Of a stretch of 64,000 bases of DNA, positions 27,291 through 39,427 are shown piece by piece. Both the position numbers and the translations under genes were made by a program. Every line of letters starts with the position of its first letter. Position 1 is the first letter of the stretch. The notes beneath the pieces are model-generated. The model made no database searches, was not told the origin of the DNA, and saw nothing but the letters and a program-made list of their open reading frames with translations. The stretch spans positions 62,001 through 126,000 of the forward strand of contig CAXUUL010000002.1 of NCBI GenBank assembly GCA_964255285.1, read 5' to 3'. This DNA is from Ionaspis alba (lineage: Eukaryota).

Positions 27291-29125
27291 CTAAGCTTCG
27301 GCAATTAAGTGCACTTTCTCGCCGCTGGCACTACCGCGCACCTTCGTGCCTTTTCCAAGCAGGGGAGTTTTAGGTATCGTGATCTCGACACCAGACAACT
27401 CGTAATTAATACTGATGCTATTGCCGAGGATGTCAGCTTTGGGTGCCTTCGAACATTTGATCGTGCAGCTGGACTCTTTGCTGCACTTGATACGCTTCTC
27501 AAAGAGTTCAGATCCTTCAGACTGTAACATTTGGGTTTAGCACGAATCTGATCCGCCGGGGATATTGGACCACCTACTAACGTGACCAAGTCGTCAAGTA
27601 TAGTCGAGCCGGTCTTCAGCGCCAACGTACAACCCGTGAAATCGTACCATTTCCGAATCTCATGCACCAGACCCATGGCGACCTCCATGCGACTTCGAAA
27701 ACATCAGCCCAGGCCTACTACTCCACACTGATTCTCAGTGGAAGGGAGGAGGATGTGAATGCTCTTACGGATCTTTGGATTGGAGAACAGCAGCTGCTCG
27801 GACGAAAGCGTTGGCGCTGGACGTTTTCCATTGCTGGACAGCTCTCAAAAAGAGGGCTGACGACCCTAATCCACCTGCCACTGTAATATGACTCTGTCAC
27901 AGTATCAGTCAGGCCAATGCAGGCTGAAGGATAGTTCCCACAACGTGTGCCAATTCGGCACGGCCTTTCGTTTCAAGAGTCTGCCGCAGCTTATTCTCAA
28001 TGTCCTTCACGAAAAGATCAATACATTCGCTGATCTCTTGACTAATGAACAGTCTGCCCGTCAGAAGCTTGTGCATCAAAAGCTACTTACTCACGGTGCT
28101 ACTTACGGAGAGAGCGTTATACAACTCCGCCGAATGCCAGCGGCAACATCATCCGGAAACATGCCAAGATCTCGAAAGATGACTGTACATTCAGATGGCG
28201 ATTCTTCTAGTAATTGAACTGTCGTATCTTCCTCCCGAAGATGCTGCCTCACGCGCGGCCGCAGCAGCGACCACGGCAAGGCTGATCTTGTGGTATCAGA
28301 GCCACGGAGTAGCTTGCGCTCGAAGGACTGCTCTAGTCGCATCAAGTAATTGGTACCGCCAAGAGTGGTAATGCTGCCTATGGATTGCGTCGAGGTGAAA
28401 CTAGTAACTCCGTTGAAGACACGAGCAATACAGAGAGCGATGTCCACGGTACTTCCCCCGGCATCTATCACAATGACCTGCTGGCGATCGGTGCAGAAAA
28501 GACCTGCCTCAGTCTTGTTAAAGTATGACGCTGCCGCTGCTGCTTCGCTCTCCATCAGCACTCGATGGCCCGGCCCGTCGCCACCAAAGCCAGCATCTTT
28601 GATACACGCACTGTAGTCGCTGATAGCGTCTCTGTCTTCCAGTACCCACCGGTCTGGCACGGCAAAGGCAAAGACGATTTCAATGTCAGCCCAGTCCGTC
28701 CTAGCGGATTGGGGTCTAGCGCTGCTTTTGATCCAGGCATGGAGGCACGTCAGATAATCAGTGATCCACCTTTTCACATCTTGATGGCGAACTTCCTGCT
28801 CTCGAGCTTGGTACAGCTTGAAGTAGCCATTGTGTAGGAAGATCTTGAACCAATCACGTGTGACAAGGACTGGATCCTCGAGTTTGGCGGCTGTTACTGC
28901 GGCACTCGCGGGGCGATCGGCAGCCCCATCGCCCCAGCCAACTAGCTCCTCTTGGCCATCCTGCTTGCGGTACACAACAGCAGTTGGAAACTTAAGTGGC
29001 TTACTTTCTTGGCCCTGATAATAAAATGCTACGGCTAGACAAGTCAGCCTTGTCTCTCATGATCTGCCATTGCACATACCTGTGGCTGTCATTCCAAAAT
29101 CGATGCCGACGATCAGATCCGGCAT
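27291..29125 (-). CDS. Atypical Hsp70-like / actin-fold ATPase (HSPA12-like fungal type)
   Basis: Predicted introns 29035-29079, 28054-28106, 27894-27941 (weak GTGGGA donor), 27693-27768 and 27522-27577 (or 27581). Motifs IVGIDFGMTAT (phosphate 1), KFPT, FAVPDRW, ESEAAA, VIDAGGSTVDI (phosphate 2), VAGGLGSS (adenosine), VAMGLV. The 3' end is ambiguous (27291 or 27305). Confidence 0.8.
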
Positions 29126-29465
29126 GCGGGGCTGCAGATGAATTTCCTTCATTTGTGGGAAGGTAAAGCATGAATCGGTTTAGGAGGCTAGGGCAGTAGC
29201 TCCGTGATATGATATCTTCTCCCTTCACCGCTCCAGCTCTTGTCTCTCTAGGGTCACGGGGGAGGAAAATCCTGGGACGGCCCTGTACACTCCCGTGTCT
29301 TGTGTCAAACGACGTCCGTTTGCGTGCTCCCACATTCCCCAGACGTGAAATGCGCATTCTTTGTCTTTAATTGGTCTATAAATCCCCCTGCACTACATGT
29401 TATCCGCTCTACTTGATTTCCTGCATCGGATACGTGCTACGTCGGCTTTTCTTCGTGTCATTATC

Positions 29466-30519
29466 ATGGTGGAGCAATGCCTCATGGCTGGTGCCGTCGT
29501 TGGGGGTATTTGCGGATTCTTCCTACTCGCATTGGCACTCTTCGTTTACTATCTTTACTCTCGACCTCCCCGCCTCTCACGCCCAATACCGAGGAGTCGT
29601 CTTGAGGACCTCTCACAACCAGCACCGACGAGTTATTATGAGTACCTCGCTGCAATCGTGCCGAGACGATATCCCGATCCCCCACCACTTCGAGAACCCA
29701 GATCACCAATCACATTGGATAGGCCATTCTATGAACTGGGTGGGAGTACGGGCTGGCTTCTCGAACAAGCCGAGAACTTGAGTAAGGCGGTGCAAATCTC
29801 AGATTCTTGGGTCCTAGATGAGCCATTATCATCCGTGGATGCTGCTCGGATCACCAAGACCATAAGGGAATTTGGACCTGTACCGGGACAGCTACCCACG
29901 GAGAGGTTGCTGGAGCTTCTTCAACAAGACCGAAATCGACTCAACGCTATGGATCATTTTATCTCAACAACCCTGATCAGCTCTATTATATTGGAGTCAC
30001 AGCACCTGCAGCTTCTGGCAGCCCCTGTGGCGTACTTCCTTCGCTACGTGAACCTTGAATATCCTATGTTTCGTGAGTCTAGACATGGACGCCGGGACGT
30101 ATAGATCTAATTTCTATGTAGGCCAAGATCTCGTGGTCGGCACCGCCAAGCTCCGGAAACTCTTACGCGAAGTCCTTCCTCTACCCAATACCGAGGAGGA
30201 ACGAAACAAGATGAAAGCTTACCTTCTGGACGTTCTTCGATCGTTCTTGAAGGAGGAACACATGTCCGTAGTGCATGAGAGACTTGACCGCTGGTTGCTT
30301 CGCTTCTCGGATTTTGGCAACTGCTTGCTGTTAGAACCAACGAGCTGGTCATGGGTCTATAGCACAGAGAACCCCATCCCCGAAGGCTGCATCTTTGGTT
30401 TCCCTGGCTTCCGGCAGATAACTGACAGTGATGGGAAACCTGAGGCGAATCCGAAAAGTTTCGACGTGACGACTTGGCATCTCAATCCCGCCGCGGAACC
30501 TGCGCACGAAACTGAATGA
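29466..30519 (+). CDS. Uncharacterised single-pass membrane protein, head-to-head with the Hsp70-like gene
   Basis: Intron 30073-30121 (GTGAGT..CTAAT..TAG) joins two ORFs in frame (...YPMF|RQDLVVG...). N-terminal TM AVVGGICGFFLLALALFVYYLY followed by SRPPR; C-terminal LLLEPTSWSW...IFGFPGFRQITDSDG. Confidence 0.75.
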
Positions 30520-30701
30520 CAAGGGCGAGTTGGTCATTGGTAGGCAGAAGTTATGCTAGAAAGCGCGTTCTAAAAACGGAACAGAGTCTCCTGCTCTCCT
30601 TCCATACACTGTTGCTCTATAGTCCCTTATTATACATTAATACCAAAAGCTGGGTGTCACAGCTTCCCGCCCGCCTCTCTACTTTCCCTTGTCTCTCCAA
30701 T

Positions 30702-31245
30702 CTAGCTTTCATTTGTCGCGGCTAGAATCTCCGCATGCTGCCGATCGAATTCGTCGTATGTGAGCGGCAACTTAATCGATGCAGACCTTACAAGCTGCCT
30801 CTGACTAACAATATTCGGTCAGTATGCACAGGATGCGATCAGAGATTGTTGTTACCTTCGCGTGGTCTGCAGTAGCTGCGCAAAAGCAATAAAAGAAATC
30901 AATTGCTTCTCCAAGTCCTTGCTGAGTTTTGCCGGGTCGGTGAATTTCCATTTGATTCTGGCAAAGAAAGCCCCAAACGCCTTTTGATTGTACAGCAGCT
31001 TGAGCTTGCAGAAACCGCTTTGTTTCGTTGATGCTTTCCTGGCACTGTCGCCACCAATTTTGAATATCTACTTCCTCGTCGCTAGTCAAGCCTTGATTGG
31101 TCATCCACGATAGGAGCATCGCGACTGATTGCAAGGTGTTTTGGAGGCTGTTGAACTCTCGAGGGGCTTCGTTGGCATCCTGCAGAAGGCGGATGATTAC
31201 CGTGGCAACGTTGAGCATTTCTATTGGGGATATGGGGAGCGCCAT
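30702..31245 (-). pseudogene. Small SesA/HeLo-like (fungal STAND N-terminal-type) helical protein with an apparent +1 frameshift
   Basis: MALPISPIEMLNVATVIIRLLQDANEAPREFNSLQNTLQSVAMLL...CQESINETKRFL. Removing one T near 30963-30965 continues the protein as GFLARIKWKFTDPAKLSKDLEKQLISF, matching the AP.EF..L...C...W..L pattern of this domain group. Intron 30805-30855 (GTAACA..ACTGAC..TAG). The 3' end is approximate. Confidence 0.55.
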
Positions 31246-32344
31246 CGCTGTTCTGCAGGGTTTCGTGGAGGGATATGGGTTAATTAACGTGGATGATATC
31301 AAATTGAAGGGGTGCGAATGTAGTCGAGTCAAACTCGGGGAGCTGATTGTTAACCTAGATGTCCATCGAGGTGCTATATACATATCTAATGACACAATGC
31401 CCATGGCCCCTGAGCTTGAATTGTTCTTGCGATACCCAGTCCGGTGCTCGCAAGTATCATTGTGTCTAAGGAGATCTTAATTCTCAAAGAGAGCATGCAA
31501 CATTGACTCAACCTCATACAGTATTGTTGTATGGTGGAAGCGCCTAGGCTATGTCTTCACCAAATTGAACAGCGAGACTATTTGCAAGTCTCGAGTCCGC
31601 TACGTACGTTCCGTGATCGAAGGGACAAGCCAAAGCTTACTGCTGTCACGAGTGTACAAGGGACATAGAACGGTTTTCGCTTAACCCGAATCAAAACACC
31701 CTTTCATTCACTGGAAGTAGCCCTCGCGTCCGTCGACCAATACACCAACTTAGATTTGCAATCCTGGGATGAGACATCCAGTAATGGTGTCGAGCTGAAT
31801 TACTGGATGGCCAATGTCTGTTGCCGAGACAAAATTGATACCTTCCTACAGACTCAATCGCTGGCCTGGAACGCACGCTTGTGCGCGACAAAGAAAATCA
31901 ACGTGGATATCAGATGCGCTTGGAGAACAAGCGTTGTTGAGAATGTCTCGGGGCATAGATGAGACGATAGTCTTGCGGTGTTTTGACTTTGTCGGGTCTT
32001 CCGTTCTCCTCCAGGCACTCCACTTCCGTATCTTTATGCGGGCCCGTGGGCCCCTAAAAGCTATCTCTGTCTCAAATAGACATGAAACCCCGGGATTTGG
32101 AAGACTCGTCAGCTGTTAGTGGAGTGATTTCATTACTGCGACACGCCGAGCTTGAAAGCCTCGTTATGGCAGAAATAGATAACGTCCTCCGTCTTGAGTC
32201 GGAAAGTGTCCCCAACACTCATGTAGACAAGGAAACCGCTGCTGGAGGAGTAAGAGAAGATAGTGTGATGCGATGCCACCAGGGCTGTACCATCGCCGTC
32301 TTTCATGCCGCAATCCGCACATATTGAGGTGCTAGTCCGCTTGA

Positions 32345-34000
32345 CTAACAAACGCTCTGTGAGACTTTGCTGCTATTATCACTATTACTATCAGTTTCGG
32401 CAAAGCCCACGAACTCCTCGTCAGATCCACCTTCCCCATCTACTTCACCTGAGCTGACCGGCTGCTGTAGAACGAATGCTTTGAGGCATGTGATCCGGTG
32501 ACCAGTCTCGTAGGTGCCTAGAAGTTCCCCTACTCGGTGTATTGGAGACCCATTCTTGCTGTCCACCGCACCATTCTGGCCATTGAGAAACCTCTTGGCT
32601 TCGCTGGCACCCTCGGTCTGTGTGGCCCCATTTTGGTGCTCGATCGCATCGGGTAGTTCCGACTCAAGCAATCTCCACAGACGAGTTGAGCCATCGCTAC
32701 AGCCAGTGATAAGAATCATAGTGGATAGACCCACCTCGCCACGAACTTTCAGAATCTCGAAGTCTTTGATGCGGCTTGTCACTCCTACAGTCATGCCGCC
32801 CAGCTGAGCAATAGGGACGCAAGTGGGAACAAATGTCTTGGATTCTTGTTTGCCTCCTCTTTGAGCTCCCAAAGCCTCGGTCGAGTAGAATAACATTCGT
32901 CCATCTTCAGTCGACATGACTAGGACGTTCGACTTTGTGTTTTCAGTCGTAATGTGCGAGATGTATCGCATTTGGTGAAGCTTCGTAGCAGGCGAAGGCA
33001 AGATACGGCACTTCGGCATTGAATCCTATTACATGTTAGTGGTGGTCTTGTCGTGGTTACTTGGACGTATAAGCCCTACCATCCCGAAAACGACGGCACC
33101 TTGTTCAAAAGCCACGGCAAACTCATCTCCCGCTGCATTCCATGCAACCTTTCGTCCTTCCCCGCTAGCCCATTTGCCCTCCCCAATGCCTTGTAATGCT
33201 TCCCTCTCGAAGCTCAGGACACCGGCTTTCTTGCCTGTGACGAGGTTCCACAACCGCATGCACTTCTCTCCTTTCCCAACACTGATCATGAGCTTCATAC
33301 TCGGATGTACCGCAAAGTCGTTGATACCGGCAGGAGTGCCACCAAGAGGGGCAGTATCCCCGCTAGGTCGTCCACCAGCCTTAGGAATGGGTGCCTTGAT
33401 AGTAGAGAGAACGGTCCAATCGCGAGTCCGTGATACAGCAATAGTGTTGTCTTCCGCTGCAGACAGAAGTTTTGATCGAGTAGGAAAATACAAGACGTTA
33501 ATACTAGAAGAGTGATGTAGGAGGGAGCCGAGCTCTCGATTTTCTGGATTCTCATTCACCCTTGTGCCATTCGATAACGGTAGCGAGAGTTTTTTGCCAA
33601 CACAAACAGAAGGAGTAGAAGCAGAGATTTGATAGAGATTGATTCGCTCATCTGTACCACCGCTCGCTAAAATCATCTTCTGCTCTTGGGAAGCCTTCTC
33701 CGATGTAGAAGGGGGAGATAGAGCCAGACATCGGATTGCTGAACTATGGGCATTGAATAGAAAGGTATCAGAAAACGAAACAGCTTCCAGTGCTTCATCT
33801 TGACCTTCTTGCGCATTCAAGATTCTTGCAGAAATACCATGCAAAACTCTATCGTACGATCCCACGATGATCAGAATGCTGGTTGATTGGGTTGATACTG
33901 AGATCGCTGTGGCAGAGTCAGGCACCCTGGCAGTCTCCTTTGACTTGTCCTTAGCAGGTCGTTGACTTCCAGGCTCTGCAACTCTCTTTCTTTTGCCCAT
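32345..34000 (-). CDS. MAK11: 60S biogenesis WD40 protein Mak11/PAK1IP1
   Basis: Intron 33026-33079 (GTAGGG..ACTAAC..TAG). Motifs IIVGSYDRVLHG, FLFNAHSSAIRCLA, LASGGTDERI, NDFAVHPSMKLMISVG, LWNLVTGKK, RIKDF, RITCL. Confidence 0.92.
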
Positions 34001-34300
34001 AGTAGTAGCAATAATTAGGTGTAATAGACAACTTGAGACAATAGATTACATATTCAATTCCAGAACAAAAATTGGTTCGCGTGTCTGCGTAGCGTAAGCG
34101 AGCTTTCGTATAACGCCTGCGAAGCGGACATCGCAATCGCAGGTTCTGAATGACTAGCAACACGGATCCCATCAAGAAATTACGACTCCCATCGCTATTC
34201 ATCAATTTTGACGATCATCACGACTCATTCTATGACCTAAAGAAAGCTAGTACCATCGCTTTCAGCGATTTTTTCGGATGTCGCAATCCAGATCAATTCA

Positions 34301-37300
34301 ATGCTCCGCGATAGGATCTTGAAGACAAAACGCGACGAACTTGCGTGAGTCCTTACAGTGTTTCGAGTCTTGTCAAATTACTCAATCGAGTTATGAGATT
34401 ATCAGGTAGCTAATAGAGTGGCAGGACATGTATAACCAGTCGCAAACGCAAACTTCAAGAGCTGTACAGTGCGACCGTGGTTTTTGCGACCGAGCCGCGC
34501 TTCCTGCAAGATCGCAAAAATGGAGCCAAATGGCTTCAGCACTACAGTGAACCTGATTTCTTGGAAGCAAACAATATTGTGCAGTGAGCACGATCTAAAT
34601 ATCCCCGACGAGTCGTATTTGGTATGCTAAAGTGCTGTCCAGAGGCAGATTTTTCGATACTGCGACCCTGCAACAGCTACCAGGACCATACACCGTCGAT
34701 TATACCGACGAATCTGCATCCTCCGCGAAAGTACTGCCTTCCTACAATCAAGACGCCGCGATTGGGACAAACTCTGGTGATGTTTTGTGGGAGAAACACC
34801 TCCAGTGCTATACCACGAATCCCGGAAGCGTTTCTGCACCTTCTCAACACTCAAGGAAAGAGGATCGCCACCGCTCTGCGTTACAGCAGAAAATATCAAC
34901 AGGAATTCAAGTCGGACGCTCGTTGATCCAGACAGGGACAGACACCGACAATGCGGACCTCAATGAGGACGAGGGTGCGAAGATCCTTGCCTCTCCATCC
35001 CTCAATGCCCAGCTTCCTGAAGAGGTAACTTCGACTCCTAAACTCACACGCATAGATGACTACCGAGCTACCGAGCCGACAGGGAGTGCTAGACGAGCCG
35101 TTGATAATCCTGCTGGTATATCGCACGATCATAATATCAATGGAGGCCGGGGAAGCCCGAACGACACCTCTCTATCCTCTGAGGCAGGAGGTGTCGACCA
35201 AGCACACCAGCAAGACCAGGGCAACAGCGAATCAGTGGTCTCGAGCGGAGCTGGAATTTCGAAGCCCCAGGGTGCCGAACGGCAGGACCATGATAATAGC
35301 ATCGGTCTCGACAATGGGACAAGAATCGACACTAAGTCACCGAAACCACAATCACAACCCGATGTGTTTTCTGAGCCTCAGCTAGACCTTGCGAACTCTG
35401 TTTCCCTCAAATGTACTCCATCAACGCCGGATGAACAATTAAGGCTCGAGGAAGCTCAATTCATGAAGCCTTCACAGCGATTCTCCTATGCACTACGCAA
35501 AGAAAGCCAAATTCCGCAGGAAGCGTCTTCTCCGACTAATGTTGTGGACATGACAGGTGACTACGAGCGGAACAGTCAATTGTGCCGTGATGCGGATGAC
35601 TCGAGTCTTATTAGTAGACGAAATCTACCACCAAGAGACCAGAGAATTCCTGGTATGACAAGAGATATATCCAAAGATCTTATGCTTAGCCAAAGGCCTC
35701 CGATGCGTATCGATACTGGAGTCACCACGCAAAGTCCGGCTAACCGAGAGGAGAGTGCTCGTATACAAAATCAGGTGGACATACGAACGCCTTCAAGTGC
35801 ATCGACTCCTCTCAAACCCACACCCACTGCAACTTACCAATCTCCGCCAGAGAGGATGACCACGAGAGTGTCCTCTGGAGCTCTACGCCATAAATCCGTC
35901 TCTGAAATTCTTGGTGAAACTCCCAAAATCGTGACACATCAAGGGGACAGGAGCCCTTCGGATAGAGCGACTTCTGAAATCCAGAAGGAGGAAACTGGTT
36001 TACCTACTCCTAGATATGGACAAGTGGTTACTTCTCCTGACACCCTCAATTTCAGGTCTCGCCTGAGCGAGTTGAAGGAAAGAGAGAAGGAACGCAGCAA
36101 GCTCTCGACCGTGGTTTTTGCACGTCAGCAGCCTTTTGATGGTAGCCGTAGCACGGATTCCACATCAAGAAGTTTACCGGCGCATATAGGACCTTCGGAC
36201 GAAAGCAAGGACTACCTTGTTCCATTATTCACTGCCCAAGCATCTGCACAGCAACCATCCCTGAGCGCGCTAATGGGCTCGGCTCACAAGACTTTGACTA
36301 CACCAAACCAATATCTGGAGTTCCATGAGCAACAGGACTGTCGGATCCTGAAAAGGATATACCACCTGCAAAACTCGAATCGCTGGTCCCTCCGGCAGCT
36401 AGAGCGGGCAGCGGAGTCAGAGCGACCGATCTCACATTGGGATGTGTTACTTTCTCACATGAAATGGATGAGAACAGACTTTCGTGAAGAGAGAAAGTGG
36501 AAGATCACGGTTGCAAAGAATCTTGCAGATTGGTGTTCCGAATGGGTATCCAGCCCCCAAGCTAGACGTGCATTGTTACAGGTGAAGGTCACAGAGAACA
36601 GAGAGAAAGCACATGCTTCTCAAAGTCATGCGACACCAGTTTCAATACAGAATAACGGTGAGACCTTACGCTCGGAAAACACCCCTGAGCTGGTTCCTTC
36701 CACAGAGGATGACTTGAGTGACACCATGGACGAAGAATCGAACTTTGTGGCCATAAACAGGAGCATAGCTCCAGCAGCGATTTTCTCCCTCGCGTCTGAG
36801 GACGTCTACTTTGGTCTTGAGAAGACGTCGGCATCCGACAAACTCCTGAGTGAACTGCCAATGTACGAGCCCTGTGGGGATATGCAGGAGTTGTCCTCCC
36901 AAATCAACGATGCTTCGATCGATAGTGCTTGGAAAGCATCCATCGTCCCAATTTCAAAGTTTGTAATAGGAAAAATGGTCATTAAAGAGCAAGGCTCCCT
37001 GCGGAAGAGAAGCCGATATGAATACGAAGACGACTTCATTGCGGCGCATGATCTATCAGGTCGGCTAGCGCCGAATTCCATTCAACCACAACAGAATATG
37101 GGACCCGAGAATGAAGATGTCGCGTTATTCAACCCAGAAAATCAACACATCATCGATCGCCTGCACGCCGCACATGCCTTCAGGCCGCCGTCTGAATTCA
37201 ATATGCCATCCCAGACCTTTTTTGAGTCTCGTTCATCATCACAATGGACGTTTATGGAAGATGATGAGCTACGAAAGCTGGTGAGGGAATATGCATATAA

Positions 37301-39012
37301 CTGGTCCTTGATATCTAATCGTTTGTCCTCCCCATCGCTCTTCACGTCTGGCGCAGAAAGGAGAACCCCCTGGGAATGCTTTGAGAGGTGGGTCGGATTT
37401 GAGGGACTCCCTGGTGACATGAGTCGCACACAATATTTCCGCACCTGGAATGCCAGACGTGACGCTGCAAGGCATCATCTGAATCAGCAATTTGTCGCCC
37501 ATCAACAAGCTCACCATACCTCACAATCCCAGTTGAGACGCAAGAACACGGAGCCCATGAGAGTTGAAAGAAGAAGAAACAGCAAGCATCTGGCTTTGGT
37601 GCATGCTATGCAGAAGGTAGCCAAAAAGAAGGAAACAACGATTCAAAAGCAACAGCATGGTGAGTAGACTTGCATTTGGTCACCGTCGGGAATCGTCAGA
37701 CCTCGTGCTTGTAACAACCAATATTGCCTCTATAGGTCTCCTTTGCTAATTACCCTATACTGTAGTCGCATCCTTAGCTGCAATGCGAAAGGCTGCCGAA
37801 GCCTCGCAGCCACGGCAGCGCATGCAGACCCCTCAAGAATTCAGCCGTTTCAAGTATGAACGCGAGCTTAAGATTCAAGAGAAGCAAGAACAGTACCGGG
37901 CGCAGATGCTCCTTCAACAAAGGGTATTGTTCACTAGTGACCGGACAGACAACAGCACGACTGACACAGAGCAGAACGCCATTGCTCAGCAGAAAGCAAT
38001 GCAGCAGGCAGGTCAGCAACACGCTGGAGCGAGCCTCACGCAGCCTGCCCGAAGCGCACTCTCAGGGTCGAGCAATAACACTAGCCCTCATCTTGCTTCA
38101 TCTTTGCCTAGCACTTCTCTACCAAACAGACAGAACAGCCAGGGTCGACCTTTGCCTCCATCTCAAACCATGGTGAATGGAGGTGCCTCTGGTGCGGGCC
38201 ATCCATCAAGTGGTCAATCAGGAACAAGGGTAGGGGGTGCTCCTCAAGCACCAATGCAATCGTTCCCGCAAGGACAGCCACGACTGCCACTCCAGATGGT
38301 TGGTGCTGACAATTTGCGCATTTTCCAGGAGGCGAATCGCCTCCAGGCAGAGCAGCAGCAATACTTACAACAGCAGCGTCAGCAACGCTACCCACAAGCA
38401 AATAGTCTAAATGGTATATCGTCGTCTCCTCACACCGGGAGTCTCCACCTTCAGCATCAGAACAATGCTGGCGTGCTCTCAAATTTGCCGAACGCGAATG
38501 GTGCTCCGATCCCTTCCACCAACGGCGTCTCAGGTCCCTCAAGACAGTCTCCTTCGCCGGGGACTTCTCACGGTCACCAGTTATCTAATGGTTCTGTTCC
38601 AGTAATAAATCAATTCTCTGATTCGCTGAGACTTCGTCATCCACAAGCAAGTCCGGAGCAAATCAAGCAATTGACATCTGAGGCTTTGAATCGTTATCGG
38701 CAGCATTCGCAGGCTACTGGTTATATCGGCACAGCGAATATGGCTGGATCAAATGGCGGCCTTGGTGTTCTAGGTGTAAATCAGCCACAAACTGGAGCAA
38801 ACTACAATAGCGGAATGCTCAACCCTCAAATTTATGCTCAATACATGCATTCTCAGCAACCAACGCAGCAAAACCGCAATATACCTAACGGAGTTAATGG
38901 TGCTAGGCCACTAAGTCGAGACGCCACGCCCCAGATGAGAAATGGCAACGGCCAAGCTGGAACGAGCCAGAGTCCTCGTCCAGCACAGGCGCAGATAGCC
39001 GGTGCGGAATGA
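34301..39012 (+). CDS. EAF1: NuA4 complex scaffold Eaf1/Vid21 (HSA and SANT/Myb domains, Q-rich tail)
   Basis: Start MLRDRILKTKRDEL at 34301; introns 34345-34424, 34584-34642, 37660-37765 and probably 37924-37974. Motifs SRKRKLQELY, RWSLRQ, HWDVLLSHMKWMRTDFREERKWK, WTFMEDDELRKLVREYAYNWSLI, RTPWECFERW. Confidence 0.93.
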
Positions 39013-39427
39013 ATGTGGGACTGTTGGGAATCCTGCTCTTCTGTGTACATAACTCTTCTGTTAGGAGTGACATCTGGGGTGCTACAGGCATATGTCAGGA
39101 CATCGACTTTCGACATGCCTGTGCAAGCACTGCTATTCATGTAAATAGTCGAATTTCTGGATCGGTACTTGACTTCTATGCTGTGATCTATGCCTATGAC
39201 ATCGATCGTTCGACCTTGCGATACGGGTTCAAAGTCACAGAAGGAAGACTGTTCAAGCGATTGTAAGCAGTTGAATGTTGCATCAAACGTGGACGTGTTG
39301 ACGGCGAATGAAACCACGTGACTGCAAAGTATCGCCAAGAATGATTCCCACTAGCCGCGGCATCTTCCGTAAGCCTCTCTACATGATGAACAACTGCTCA
39401 TCACCCATTCCCCTAAGTCCCACAACC

